Source: Minisyncoccota bacterium (GTDB taxonomy: Bacteria > Patescibacteriota > Patescibacteriia > Patescibacteriales > UBA12465). Taken from it: 64,000 bases of DNA. Below the pieces are notes generated by a model. That model was not told the DNA's origin and did not search any database. It was given only the letters and a program-made list of their open reading frames with translations. The stretch covers positions 1,586-65,585 of the forward strand of contig JAIPJA010000001.1 of NCBI GenBank assembly GCA_021734405.1. The letters are read 5' to 3'. Positions 29,055 through 38,316 of the stretch are shown piece after piece. A program made the translations under genes and the position numbers. Position 1 is the first letter of the stretch. Every line of letters begins with the position of its first letter.

Positions 29055-29525
29055 TTTGCTTTTTATTTTTTTCTGCAATATAAATTAAAACTTCGTTTAT
29101 AAACTCCCATCTCTGCATATTAAACTCATGTTCAGTCCAACCAAGCTCCGCACAAAAATACGCCCTAATTGCTCTAAAACTTCTGTCGCCAAATCTAACA
29201 AACCTTGCTATTTCATAGCTTGTTGACTGGCTCGGGCTAAAAAATCTTTTACAAAGCTCAAATTCTCTTGAATAAATTTAATATCATCAATGCTTAGTAA
29301 ATTCACATTTTCAATATTTATCGGTATTTTTTGTTCACTCTCATCAGTTGCATCCCAGTCTTCAATGATTCTAGTTAATAAAACCAGAATTTGCTTAATG
29401 TCGCTTTTTTCTTTTTCTATTTCTTCAATGTCATTTGCTAAAATACCGTCACGCACTCTAACTGTTATTCCGCTTTTGGGAAGCTTGATATTTTTGACAT
29501 CTCTCAAATCTTTAAGTATTGGCAT
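29044..29525 (-). CDS. Tail assembly chaperone G (29208-29525) and -1 frameshift product GT
   Basis: Slippery T-TTT-TTA at 29244-29238; the -1 frame stays open to TAA at 29044 and encodes ...FCAELGWTEHEFNMQRW... Confidence 0.85.
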
Positions 29526-29529
29526 ATGT

Positions 29530-30501
29530 TTAATAATTACTTACTTCATTAGTTAGTGTAGCCACCATGCTTTTTGCATCGCTGGCAGAATAAAACGCTT
29601 TAAAGCCGACCGTTACTTTTGCGATTTCATTATTATCTCCAGCCACCAATGGCTCTTTAAATTTTATTTTTGCTAAATCAACCACCAGTTTTGGATTTGA
29701 GCTTGCACCAATGGTTATTCCACTATTTACTATCTCCAATCTCATTGCCTTTTTATTTCCGTTTAAAGCATAATCAAGCAAATCGGTATTTTTAAAAAGC
29801 ATTTCAATATTACCCTCGATTGCCAGCTGTTTATTAAGAAAATCATTCGGCTCAACACTTCCCAACTTATCATCATCTTCAATATTTTTGTTTACGTTTA
29901 TCTCAACGTTTTGCACGTCAATTGCACTGGCACCGCCTATACCTGACAAATCATCAGCTAGCTTAATGCTTATATCCTTACCAAGAAAATAATTCTCTGT
30001 GATATAAGCTGGAATACTCGTTGATGCGAAACCAGCCTTGCCTCTAATTACTGCCTCAAATTTTAAATAATCTTTAGCTACTGCATTGATTTTAAAATTC
30101 TCAATAACCGAATTGGCATATGCTTTTTGCTCATTATCTCCTCTTTTTACTTCCACTGTTAATGTCGGGTGTTTAGCTGACTGTAAAACTTCAAATACAT
30201 GATCATAAACACCTGAATCGGCTGATTCCGTTGAAGTAACATTGCCCAATGTGGCCAGTAAAAATAAACCAAAGCTTTTATCAAAAACTTCGCCTGAAAT
30301 TGTGCCTCCGCTTAATTTTTTACTTATCTCCTGATCTTCACTGTCTTCAATAACTCCAACAGCTCTCTCGCTGGCTATAACCTCTATTTTGTCGTTTATG
30401 TCTTCTGACAATGGTTTAAGCCAATAAGCTGGAGTAATAGCAGTTCCTCTGCTTGTTTCTTTGCCTATACCAATATTAAATTTTCTTTTTAATGTTTCCA
30501 T
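29530..30501 (-). CDS. Major tail tube protein
   Basis: GIGKETSRGT N-terminus; position before chaperone and TMP; no sheath gene. Confidence 0.8.
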   Translation of the reverse strand: METLKRKFNIGIGKETSRGTAITPAYWLKPLSEDINDKIEVIASERAVGVIEDSEDQEISKKLSGGTISGEVFDKSFGLFLLATLGNVTSTESADSGVYDHVFEVLQSAKHPTLTVEVKRGDNEQKAYANSVIENFKINAVAKDYLKFEAVIRGKAGFASTSIPAYITENYFLGKDISIKLADDLSGIGGASAIDVQNVEINVNKNIEDDDKLGSVEPNDFLNKQLAIEGNIEMLFKNTDLLDYALNGNKKAMRLEIVNSGITIGASSNPKLVVDLAKIKFKEPLVAGDNNEIAKVTVGFKAFYSASDAKSMVATLTNEVSNY

Positions 30502-30505
30502 ATAA

Positions 30506-30691
30506 TTATTTATTCTTTAATTTTTTAAATTTTTCGTCAGCCTCCTCCTTTGAACTGGCTTTTATAGTTACCTTGCCAGGATAATTATATTCTTCCTGAC
30601 CGTCCGAATCCTTAGGACGCTTTTCTTCTAAACCGTCCGAATCTTTCAGACGGATACTTTTGTCCTCAATTTTTGATTTTTTTATAGACAT
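30506..30691 (-). CDS. Small hypothetical protein with an 11-aa tandem repeat
   Basis: RLKDSDGLEEK/RPKDSDGQEEY. Confidence 0.55.
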   Translation of the reverse strand: MSIKKSKIEDKSIRLKDSDGLEEKRPKDSDGQEEYNYPGKVTIKASSKEEADEKFKKLKNK

Positions 30692-30697
30692 AATGAT

Positions 30698-31108
30698 TTA
30701 TATTAATTGTTTTAATTTAATGCATGTTATTTCTATCTCCAACACCCTCATGAGTAGTTCCCTATCTTCCCAAACAAAACTGCTTGAAACTTGAACATCA
30801 TCGCAAATACCGCCCAAGGTGTCATCATTATCGAAAACATCATCTATGGTGTCGGATAAGTTTACAAGCAAATTTTCACCGTCAACTTGACCTCGTGCTT
30901 TCTCGTTAACTTCCTGAAATATTTGAATCTTAAATTTATAAACTTTTTTAATGGTTTTTACGCTTTCTCTTATTTTTTCATTTTCACTGCCTAAAATTAC
31001 AGCGACAGGAAAAGCACTGAAATAACCTTTGTTGTATTTGTAAACATCCTTAATATCCCCTATATTTTTTAATTTTAAATAGATTGCATTTAAAATATTA
31101 TTTCTCAT
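30698..31108 (-). CDS. Tail terminator-like protein
   Basis: Synteny; FPVAVI; DDTLGG. Confidence 0.65.
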   Translation of the reverse strand: MRNNILNAIYLKLKNIGDIKDVYKYNKGYFSAFPVAVILGSENEKIRESVKTIKKVYKFKIQIFQEVNEKARGQVDGENLLVNLSDTIDDVFDNDDTLGGICDDVQVSSSFVWEDRELLMRVLEIEITCIKLKQLI

Positions 31109-31566
31109 ATTCTTTTGATTATTTTTTCTAAAACTTGAACAAATATCTTCCGTACCTTTGTATTGGTCATATCAACAGTCCTGTCTACAAATGGGTTCGC
31201 CTTTGTGCCTTTTCGCATAATTGATTTTTGCACTGCATAAGGATTTAAACCCTTCTTAATAGCCCAAATTCTAAGCGGTGCTCTTTTATTGTGAACTGGC
31301 ACATAGTGCGGTCTTGTTCCTTCATGGACTGGAATAGCGTATTCTTTCTTAGGCACAATAACCACGCTATTTGCATTTAACCTCATACCAATGCTCTGTC
31401 TTAGATGATTTGTGACACCAATAGGTACTTCTCTTTTTTCTGTCCCGACAATCATTTTTCCAGCTTGCAAAAGCCCCTTACTGATCTCCTGATTAACAAT
31501 CGTGGGATAAGCTTGAAAAAGCTCCCTGATTTCTTTTAAATTTTCTATTTCAATCTCAAATGGCAT
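31105..31566 (-). CDS. HK97 gp10-family tail-component protein
   Basis: VPIGVTNHLRQSI...YAIPVHEGT...GTKANPF. Confidence 0.8.
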   Translation of the reverse strand: MPFEIEIENLKEIRELFQAYPTIVNQEISKGLLQAGKMIVGTEKREVPIGVTNHLRQSIGMRLNANSVVIVPKKEYAIPVHEGTRPHYVPVHNKRAPLRIWAIKKGLNPYAVQKSIMRKGTKANPFVDRTVDMTNTKVRKIFVQVLEKIIKRI

Positions 31567-31567
31567 A

Positions 31568-31876
31568 TTAATTATTTGGCTTAATAACTATGGCTTCAAT
31601 TCTTGATAATGAACGATGCTCAAGTTTTCTTAAATTTTTTACTATATAAACCTCATTATCACATTCAATCTTGTCTGTTTCTTTAATATCCGAATAAATA
31701 TCAGCATACAATTTATGCATTTCCGCTGGGTTCCCCTCGCTAATCATAAGATCTTCTGCTTTTACTGGCATTATTACTCCAAAAATATCATCTATTCGTT
31801 TATACTCTTCTGTTTTATTTATAGAATCGCTCAAGAGTCTATAAACCATTATTCTTTTTTCAAACACAAATCTCAT
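31568..31876 (-). CDS. Head closure / stopper protein
   Basis: Synteny; DIKETDKI...YIVK. Confidence 0.6.
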   Translation of the reverse strand: MRFVFEKRIMVYRLLSDSINKTEEYKRIDDIFGVIMPVKAEDLMISEGNPAEMHKLYADIYSDIKETDKIECDNEVYIVKNLRKLEHRSLSRIEAIVIKPNN

Positions 31877-32412
31877 ACATTAATCTTTTTATACTTGGAC
31901 AATAAGGCTGATATTTCAGGAGATAAATAATTTTCCCAAGCAACTCCAGCATCTCCCAAGTTCTCATTGCTAATTCCATCGCTTTTGCGTTTATTCCATA
32001 ATCTGCCGACAATTTTTAGAATTGCCACTTTTATATCGCTTGGAATATTTTTGCTGGTAAATCCTGTCTTATAAGTTGCTCTATAATTCATTTCACCCAT
32101 ATTCACATAATTAAATTTAACTACTCCCTCATCATCATAAAAAACATAATTATCACTTGATACTTCCTGCCATGATCCATTTCTTTCATTTTCAATAACT
32201 AAATTTTGCAGATTTAAGTTATAAGTCAAAAACATTTCATTGTTAATTTCATCACCATCAAAATACTCCTCAATCTCAATTTCTTCAATTTTGTTATTAG
32301 TCATAGCCTCTGCCCATTTAACTGCCGACTTTATAAGCAAAGCAATAACATCATCAAAATCATTGGTGTTCAATGTTATATATGTTTTAAAATCTTCTGT
32401 GTTTATAATCAT
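31873..32412 (-). CDS. Head-tail connector (gp6/gp15-like)
   Basis: FKTYI...DDVIALLIKSA; YKTGF...IPSDIKVA. Confidence 0.8.
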   Translation of the reverse strand: MIINTEDFKTYITLNTNDFDDVIALLIKSAVKWAEAMTNNKIEEIEIEEYFDGDEINNEMFLTYNLNLQNLVIENERNGSWQEVSSDNYVFYDDEGVVKFNYVNMGEMNYRATYKTGFTSKNIPSDIKVAILKIVGRLWNKRKSDGISNENLGDAGVAWENYLSPEISALLSKYKKINV

Positions 32413-32462
32413 AAATTTAAAGCTGTAATTCCTGACCCTATAAAGGGTCAGACATCAAAGTT

Positions 32463-32672
32463 CTAAACCTTTTCACAAAACTTGCCTTTGATTAGCTTTT
32501 CAGCTTCTTCCGGTTCAAGCCCGGCAACATCTCCCTTAACATAAGGAGTATAACTTTTTGCAAATTTTACTCGAACAAGCTTTGTTTTCTTTTTCTTGTC
32601 CTTTTTTTCTTCTTCGGCTGAATTATTATTTTTGTTTTCATCAGCCTGATTGTTTTTGTTGTCGTTTGCCAT
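32463..32672 (-). CDS. Small head-associated hypothetical protein
   Basis: VRVKF...YVKGDVAGLEPEEAEKLI; follows the capsid gene. Confidence 0.6.
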   Translation of the reverse strand: MANDNKNNQADENKNNNSAEEEKKDKKKKTKLVRVKFAKSYTPYVKGDVAGLEPEEAEKLIKGKFCEKV

Positions 32673-32707
32673 AAAATTATCGCTTAATTATTAATAACTA
32701 ACTGCTT

Positions 32708-32748
32708 TCTCCCTCCCTGCTAAAAATCCCCATGCAGGGAGGGAGTAT
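32708..32748 (-). terminator. Hairpin after the major capsid gene
   Basis: CTCCCTCCCTGC...GCAGGGAGGGAG 12-bp stem. Confidence 0.6.
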
Positions 32749-32764
32749 AGCAATAAGCCAAACT

Positions 32765-33823
32765 CTATTTAACCGCTGTCAACTTTTTACCTGCATCAGG
32801 CAAGGTGTAAACACCATCTACTGCCTCTGCTACAACCAATTCGGTTTGAAGTTTACTAATAACCTTGTCGGTATCAACAAACATCTTCTCGCCATCTTTA
32901 ATCCAGTAGTACCAAGGGTCGAAAAAGAAAATCTCGGTTTCATCAGTTCCTGCCCCCAAATTTGCTGGGATATCAGCACTTTCAAATACTGGTCTGTTAA
33001 AAATGGTTTGATCACGCACATCAAAAATCGGTAGTCCGTTATTATCTTTCAGTTTACGCAACAATTTCATACCAGCACTGGAAGTCATAAACACCGCATT
33101 TTGCCTATACTGCTCTGGCAACTCATAAAACAAATCAACCAAATCATCATAAGAAAATTCAGCACCTGCTTGAGCTAGTGTGCCTAAACTAGCCCCTCTA
33201 AGACCTGTCGGCTTTTCAGAACCGTCTCCTGCTACAAAAGCCACTTCCTCTGTATCTCTTAACTTCCTTGAACATAATTCGCCAATAAAATTGACTATGT
33301 TATAAGCGGAAGTGTTCAACAGTTTGCGTGGAATAAGAACCCTAGCGGCTAAATAATAGTCGTAAAGATTCTTTTTGCTTACAGTTGGGTTGCTTTCGGT
33401 GATTTCTTGATTTTCAGCCACCCAATAAGCAGTAACTCCAGCACCTTCTGTAGGCAACTGAAAATCTCCGCTTAACTGAAAAACAAATGCCAATTTTCTC
33501 ATCTTGGAAATTTTATCCTTTTTAGTAAGAATAAAATCAGCCAATTCAGTCGGCACAGTGTGTCCAAAAGAAGTGTCGCTTGAATCTATAGCTTTCTCTT
33601 CAACCTGTCCTAAACAAACCTTTCTGATAAAATCTGCAGATTTATTTATTTTCTCCTCATCTGTGTCAGACTTTACGTCTTTCACATCCCTTTTAACTTC
33701 TTTCAAAATTTCGCTTTTCATATCAGGCAAAATTTCTTTTATACCATCAGTGATGATATTTTTTAACTCATCCATAGTCACTTCTTTGACTTGGGTTTGA
33801 GTGTTGTTTTTTTCTTTGTCCAT
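32765..33823 (-). CDS. HK97-family major capsid protein
   Basis: GHTVP; AYWVAEN; GDGSEKPTG; KLKDNNG. Confidence 0.93.
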   Translation of the reverse strand: MDKEKNNTQTQVKEVTMDELKNIITDGIKEILPDMKSEILKEVKRDVKDVKSDTDEEKINKSADFIRKVCLGQVEEKAIDSSDTSFGHTVPTELADFILTKKDKISKMRKLAFVFQLSGDFQLPTEGAGVTAYWVAENQEITESNPTVSKKNLYDYYLAARVLIPRKLLNTSAYNIVNFIGELCSRKLRDTEEVAFVAGDGSEKPTGLRGASLGTLAQAGAEFSYDDLVDLFYELPEQYRQNAVFMTSSAGMKLLRKLKDNNGLPIFDVRDQTIFNRPVFESADIPANLGAGTDETEIFFFDPWYYWIKDGEKMFVDTDKVISKLQTELVVAEAVDGVYTLPDAGKKLTAVK

Positions 33824-33841
33824 ATATTCGTTTAAATTAAA

Positions 33842-34612
33842 TTATTTAGTTATTTTGAGTACAAATTCACATGCCTTGTCGGCTTGCTTTATTGCTTGTC
33901 TGATTCGGAGTATTTTTTTGTCCGTTTCAGGGTCGACCTTTGTCCCTTTTTGATCTGCCAGGGACTTTAAATGCAAAATATATTTATTGCTTAATTTTAG
34001 TCTGGCTATATTACCATCCTTATAATAAATTTTTGCTCTTTCTTTTTTATAATCAATATCAATAAAATTGATTTCCTTTTCCAGCTTCTCCTCTTTAATA
34101 TCAACTAACTCCGTATCAGGATTTGCTCCAGCTAATACTGGTGACCATTCATACAATCTAACTTTTTTAATAATTCTATTGTCATTTTCGTCCCATTCAT
34201 AATCAAGGACCCGAAATCCAATGCTAAACTCGTCAATAATTCCAAATTTAACATCACTGTATGCTTCCTTGCCTCTTTGTGTTTCCAGATTAAATTCCGC
34301 TTTTATAAACAAGCCTTTAGTATCTTCCCTTGCCTCAAGAGTCCTAGCAATCGGCAAATCCCAATTATGCATCCAAACACCCTTGGGTAGTTTCTTTTTT
34401 ATGCTTTCGGCAAATGCACCCTGCTTGATAATATCGCCTACTAAATCAATATTATTGAAAATAGAAACATAAGCCTCAATTATTCCTTTTTGCTTATCGT
34501 CTTTCTCTTCAAGCAATTTAATGTCAGCCTTAACCTTAACCCTGATTAATTTATCAAAATTAAGCTTTTTATCATTTCTTTTTTCTTTTATTTCTTTTAT
34601 AGTTTTTCCCAT
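33842..34612 (-). CDS. HK97-family prohead protease
   Basis: DIIKQGAF; WMHN; FSIGF; LYEWSPVLAGANP. Confidence 0.92.
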   Translation of the reverse strand: MGKTIKEIKEKRNDKKLNFDKLIRVKVKADIKLLEEKDDKQKGIIEAYVSIFNNIDLVGDIIKQGAFAESIKKKLPKGVWMHNWDLPIARTLEAREDTKGLFIKAEFNLETQRGKEAYSDVKFGIIDEFSIGFRVLDYEWDENDNRIIKKVRLYEWSPVLAGANPDTELVDIKEEKLEKEINFIDIDYKKERAKIYYKDGNIARLKLSNKYILHLKSLADQKGTKVDPETDKKILRIRQAIKQADKACEFVLKITK

Positions 34613-34631
34613 ATATTTGATTGATTATTAT

Positions 34632-36689
34632 TTAAAGTGGCGTAAAATCACATTTGCAATTTGGATGCACTGGAATTTCACCTTCTATCGATTTAACTGA
34701 CCATTCTTCCTCTGATTTCGCTTGGCAAGTTGGGCATGCCTCAGGCGACAATAGCCATTCAACATCAGTAAATCCATAATGTTCATATGTTTTGCGATGA
34801 GCCTCAACCACTCCTCTCGCACTTTCAGTCCTTGCTATCATTTCCGCCCTGTAATCAACGGCAAACTTAAACACTTCCTCAACCCTCTTTTTTAAGCTTT
34901 CCAAATCTTCTCCTGCCTCTACACCCTCTTTCATTGTTTTTTCAAATGCCTCAATAGTTGTGTTGTTTATACTCTCGCCAATTTCCAGCTCAACTTTGGC
35001 TATCCATTCTTTTATAAAATCCATGTCTACAATCATATCTTCTCCAATAAGCTCGCTAGCTCCAGCAACACCAGTCATGACTGTCTCGTAAAGCAAGGGG
35101 TCTATAATTGCTATAGCTGCTCCCAACTCCTCGGTTTTACTAATCCCGTACTGGGTAGCTACATCTTTTTTATGATTTTCCTCGAGTGATTTTATAAACC
35201 TCTCAAGTTGTCCTTTAAAAAAATCCGCAAATTTCTTTTTCCACAATTTCTCTAGCTTAGCCTCATTATCCATTCTGATTTTATAAAATCTTTCTCGCTG
35301 TTCATTGTCTATCTTAAATTCTTTTTTCTCTACTATTTTTAAAACAACTCCCTTTTTATCAACTAAGCCATTTAATATTTTATTACCTGCCTTTTCACTG
35401 ATTAACTTAAGTTTTAAATTCCTGTTTACGATCCTTTTTTTAATTTCTTTCTGCAATTTTAAATTTAATCTGCCAGTACCTCCTGCCTTTATTTTTATAA
35501 AATCCTTTTTCTCTCCACCGATAACTGGCATAGCTGATAAAGGCATATAAATATAATCTCCACCGTTTACTGGATCTAAGCCCTCACTTTCCCTGATTTC
35601 ATTAGTTGTCCTCCATTTATTCCAGCTGATCTCTTTTTGCTTTAAATTCATCTCTTCATCTTCCTTGGCCAAGGGTTCAAATGACAGCCATAAGTCCGAT
35701 CCGAACATTGGCACTAAAAACTCATTTAATTGTTCAACTAACTCTGTTGCCAAAGGTTCAAGTGTCCATTTATTAAAAACATATTCAGCTGCGATTGCAC
35801 TGGCTCTATTAACATCCTCAAAAACTCCCAAAACTGGCTTTGGCACGCCAAATATTGAAAGTATTTCATCTCGGTTCATTTTTCTGCTTTCAATGAAATC
35901 CAAATCCTTTGGCGGTAAAGTTACGGGTTTAAATTTTATGCCCCCTTCAAGCAATTGCACATTATATGAATTCTCATAACCTTGATATTTTTTTCTAAAC
36001 TCCTTCTTAAGCCTTTTAATCATTTTAGTGTCGGCATTCCCTTCCATTTCCAAAAATCCGCTTGGTCTGGCATTGTTTTTTAAAAGATTACTGTTTGACT
36101 GCAATATATAATCATCATTTTCAGCGGTCATTCTTACCGCTTCAATAATACCAATTCCCTTCTCGGGATTTTTTGGATTGTAATTTTTTAAAAAGATAAC
36201 CTCATCCTTATCAAACTCCTTTTTATACATGCCTATCTCATAGGTGTATCCCACTATATTGCCGTCATCGTCTTTTTTTACTTTAAAAAACTCTGGTCTT
36301 GCAATAAAAATATTGCTCGGCAATTTATCTTCCTTGTTTGTTTTGCTTAATATCCATGGACTGGCACCAAGCAAATCCCTATAAATAACGCTCAACTGGA
36401 TAAAATTATATTTAGTCATTTCAGGATTAACCCGATAAAGCAATTCCAATAATTCGTGCTCGATAATCTCTTCTACTTCGCCGTTTTTTTTAAGCCTATA
36501 TAATTTAAATTCAATTTGAGCCAAGCCCATGCTTCGCCTAGCCACACATGCATAAACCCATGACTTGTAAAAATCCAATGCATCCGACTTGGTAACCACT
36601 GACGACATAACACCTGAATTCACAAAAAATGAATATGGCACCGCCTGTTTTTTAACTATTTGATTGTAAATTTTTTTTATAATATTCAT
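34632..36689 (-). CDS. HK97-family portal protein fused to a MuF/gp7-like minor head domain
   Basis: WVYACV; NNARPSG; IFGVP; TTNEIRESEGLDP; then RAEMIARTE...CPTC...HPNCKC. Confidence 0.85.
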   Translation of the reverse strand: MNIIKKIYNQIVKKQAVPYSFFVNSGVMSSVVTKSDALDFYKSWVYACVARRSMGLAQIEFKLYRLKKNGEVEEIIEHELLELLYRVNPEMTKYNFIQLSVIYRDLLGASPWILSKTNKEDKLPSNIFIARPEFFKVKKDDDGNIVGYTYEIGMYKKEFDKDEVIFLKNYNPKNPEKGIGIIEAVRMTAENDDYILQSNSNLLKNNARPSGFLEMEGNADTKMIKRLKKEFRKKYQGYENSYNVQLLEGGIKFKPVTLPPKDLDFIESRKMNRDEILSIFGVPKPVLGVFEDVNRASAIAAEYVFNKWTLEPLATELVEQLNEFLVPMFGSDLWLSFEPLAKEDEEMNLKQKEISWNKWRTTNEIRESEGLDPVNGGDYIYMPLSAMPVIGGEKKDFIKIKAGGTGRLNLKLQKEIKKRIVNRNLKLKLISEKAGNKILNGLVDKKGVVLKIVEKKEFKIDNEQRERFYKIRMDNEAKLEKLWKKKFADFFKGQLERFIKSLEENHKKDVATQYGISKTEELGAAIAIIDPLLYETVMTGVAGASELIGEDMIVDMDFIKEWIAKVELEIGESINNTTIEAFEKTMKEGVEAGEDLESLKKRVEEVFKFAVDYRAEMIARTESARGVVEAHRKTYEHYGFTDVEWLLSPEACPTCQAKSEEEWSVKSIEGEIPVHPNCKCDFTPL

Positions 36690-37018
36690 ACTGCTTTTGG
36701 TAAATCGCTTTTACAATTGATAACAATATCTCCATAAGTAACCAGTTGCCCATCTTCAAAAGTTGCTTCAATTTCTGCATAATATTTTCCTGCCTCATCA
36801 AAATCACCTTCCTGCACTGTATATTTAACTTCGCCTCCGGGGCTGTCTATGATATTCATTTCACCTGAAAACTTAAGCTCACTTTCCCCGGGGACTTGGG
36901 CTTTAAACAAAATACTGGAAACGCCGTTTAAATTAACCGCTTCTCCGTTGTAATCCGTTAAAGAAAAAAATAAGTCATATCCTTTGTCGTCTTTTGTTAT
37001 ATCAATTATTGTCCTCAT
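36686..37018 (-). CDS. BppU N-terminal-like (baseplate upper / Ig-like) protein
   Basis: DYNGEAVNLNG...GEVKY...DFDEAGKYYAEIE. Confidence 0.6.
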   Translation of the reverse strand: MRTIIDITKDDKGYDLFFSLTDYNGEAVNLNGVSSILFKAQVPGESELKFSGEMNIIDSPGGEVKYTVQEGDFDEAGKYYAEIEATFEDGQLVTYGDIVINCKSDLPKAV

Positions 37019-37733
37019 GGTTTTGTCTTAAAATAAATTTTCTTGCTTTGGCTTTGATTGAATAAATCTTTTTCTTTACGCTCCTAAATTGCTTTGCAAA
37101 AGTATCCAGATTAACAATCAAAAATGTGTTTTTATTAAATATCACCTGCCTGACTCGAGCTAAAATAAAACTTAATCCTGTATTTACTGTTGCCTGAAAT
37201 TGCCTTATATAATTTGCTGTTTTATTTAATCCAGCCATTCCTGTAGATATCGCATTAAACTGCTCGCTATAAATATTGATTGGTACAAACTCATCATCGT
37301 GCCAAATAATAAACATCGTATCTTTACCGTCTGTATATGGATTTTTGTTATAGGTCATTACTCCGTCTGGATAAGCATCTCCCGTTCTGTACGGTGCTCC
37401 TGACCAAAATCCTGATGTCACTTTAAAATCAACAAAATATTCTGCATTCAAATCGATTTGCAAGGGTTCTGGGAGCACAAATTCTTTCCAACCCACCCCA
37501 TTATTTTGAGGTATTGTTCTTTGATCGGTATAAATCACATCGCCCCCAATACCCCGATAAATTTTCATCTCTATTCCATAGCTTCCTGTATAGTTGTTAT
37601 TGACCTGATAAAATGAAACTTTCGATATATTATTCAAACTGCCTGAATTAAATGTCTGACCGATGCTGGAACCAGTGCTAACATTCCATTGACTACTCCT
37701 TAAATCTTGTTTTATCCCTTCAACTACTGCCAT
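37002..37733 (-). CDS. Virion appendage-like protein with a beta-sandwich domain
   Basis: IGQTF...GWKEFVLPEPLQI...DAYPDG, adhesin/CBM-like. Confidence 0.5.
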   Translation of the reverse strand: MAVVEGIKQDLRSSQWNVSTGSSIGQTFNSGSLNNISKVSFYQVNNNYTGSYGIEMKIYRGIGGDVIYTDQRTIPQNNGVGWKEFVLPEPLQIDLNAEYFVDFKVTSGFWSGAPYRTGDAYPDGVMTYNKNPYTDGKDTMFIIWHDDEFVPINIYSEQFNAISTGMAGLNKTANYIRQFQATVNTGLSFILARVRQVIFNKNTFLIVNLDTFAKQFRSVKKKIYSIKAKARKFILRQNHEDNN

Positions 37734-37735
37734 AT

Positions 37736-38149
37736 TTATTGAATTTCAAGCTGGAATGTAAATTCAATCTTGTCTCCTGTTTCCAAGGTAATGCCTGAAA
37801 AATCCCCATGCATCAATAAACTGCCAGCTGTTATATTATTAAATAATCCTGCCTCTGTAATTGTTTTTGCCGATTCGGCTGTTAATGTACCAATCCATTC
37901 AATCACATCAGCACTAGCCTGACTCCTGCTTGCCTCAATTCTTGCTTCGCTTTCTTCATTAAATAAAGTAGTGTTGTTTTTTGATAACGATCCGCTTCCT
38001 GATCCCCATGCTATATGCTCAACGTTGGTCGTTACTTGATTATCAATTTTGTCCACTATCCATTCTTCACAATACTGCGTCATTACAACCGCCATATATA
38101 AAAATTTATTAATGGCTTTTTGAATTTCATTGTTTAATGCTAATATCAT
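37736..38149 (-). CDS. Fibre-anchor-like structural protein (paralog-like to 25342-25908)
   Basis: IAWGSGSG...TTLFNE...TITEAGLFN...GDKIEFT. Confidence 0.6.
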   Translation of the reverse strand: MILALNNEIQKAINKFLYMAVVMTQYCEEWIVDKIDNQVTTNVEHIAWGSGSGSLSKNNTTLFNEESEARIEASRSQASADVIEWIGTLTAESAKTITEAGLFNNITAGSLLMHGDFSGITLETGDKIEFTFQLEIQ

Positions 38150-38316
38150 ATTTTTACTTTTGGCTTATTGTTTAAAATTACTTTATTTGACCATTTTCCT
38201 TCTTTCGCCCTGTAAACCCTTGCCTGAATTGATGATCTGCCAAGAATAACAACTTTTAAACCGCCCTTTATTCCTCTAATAATTTTTAACAATAATTTTA
38301 ATATTAAATTCTTCAT
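38146..38316 (-). CDS. 56-aa hypothetical protein (missing from the ORF track)
   Basis: MKNLILKLLLKIIRGIKGG...; ATGA overlaps at both ends. Confidence 0.6.
   Translation of the reverse strand: MKNLILKLLLKIIRGIKGGLKVVILGRSSIQARVYRAKEGKWSNKVILNNKPKVKI

Noticed and set aside
30645-30655. Neisseria DNA-uptake-sequence-like CCGTCTGAA
   Set aside because: Single imperfect copy, no enrichment in the window
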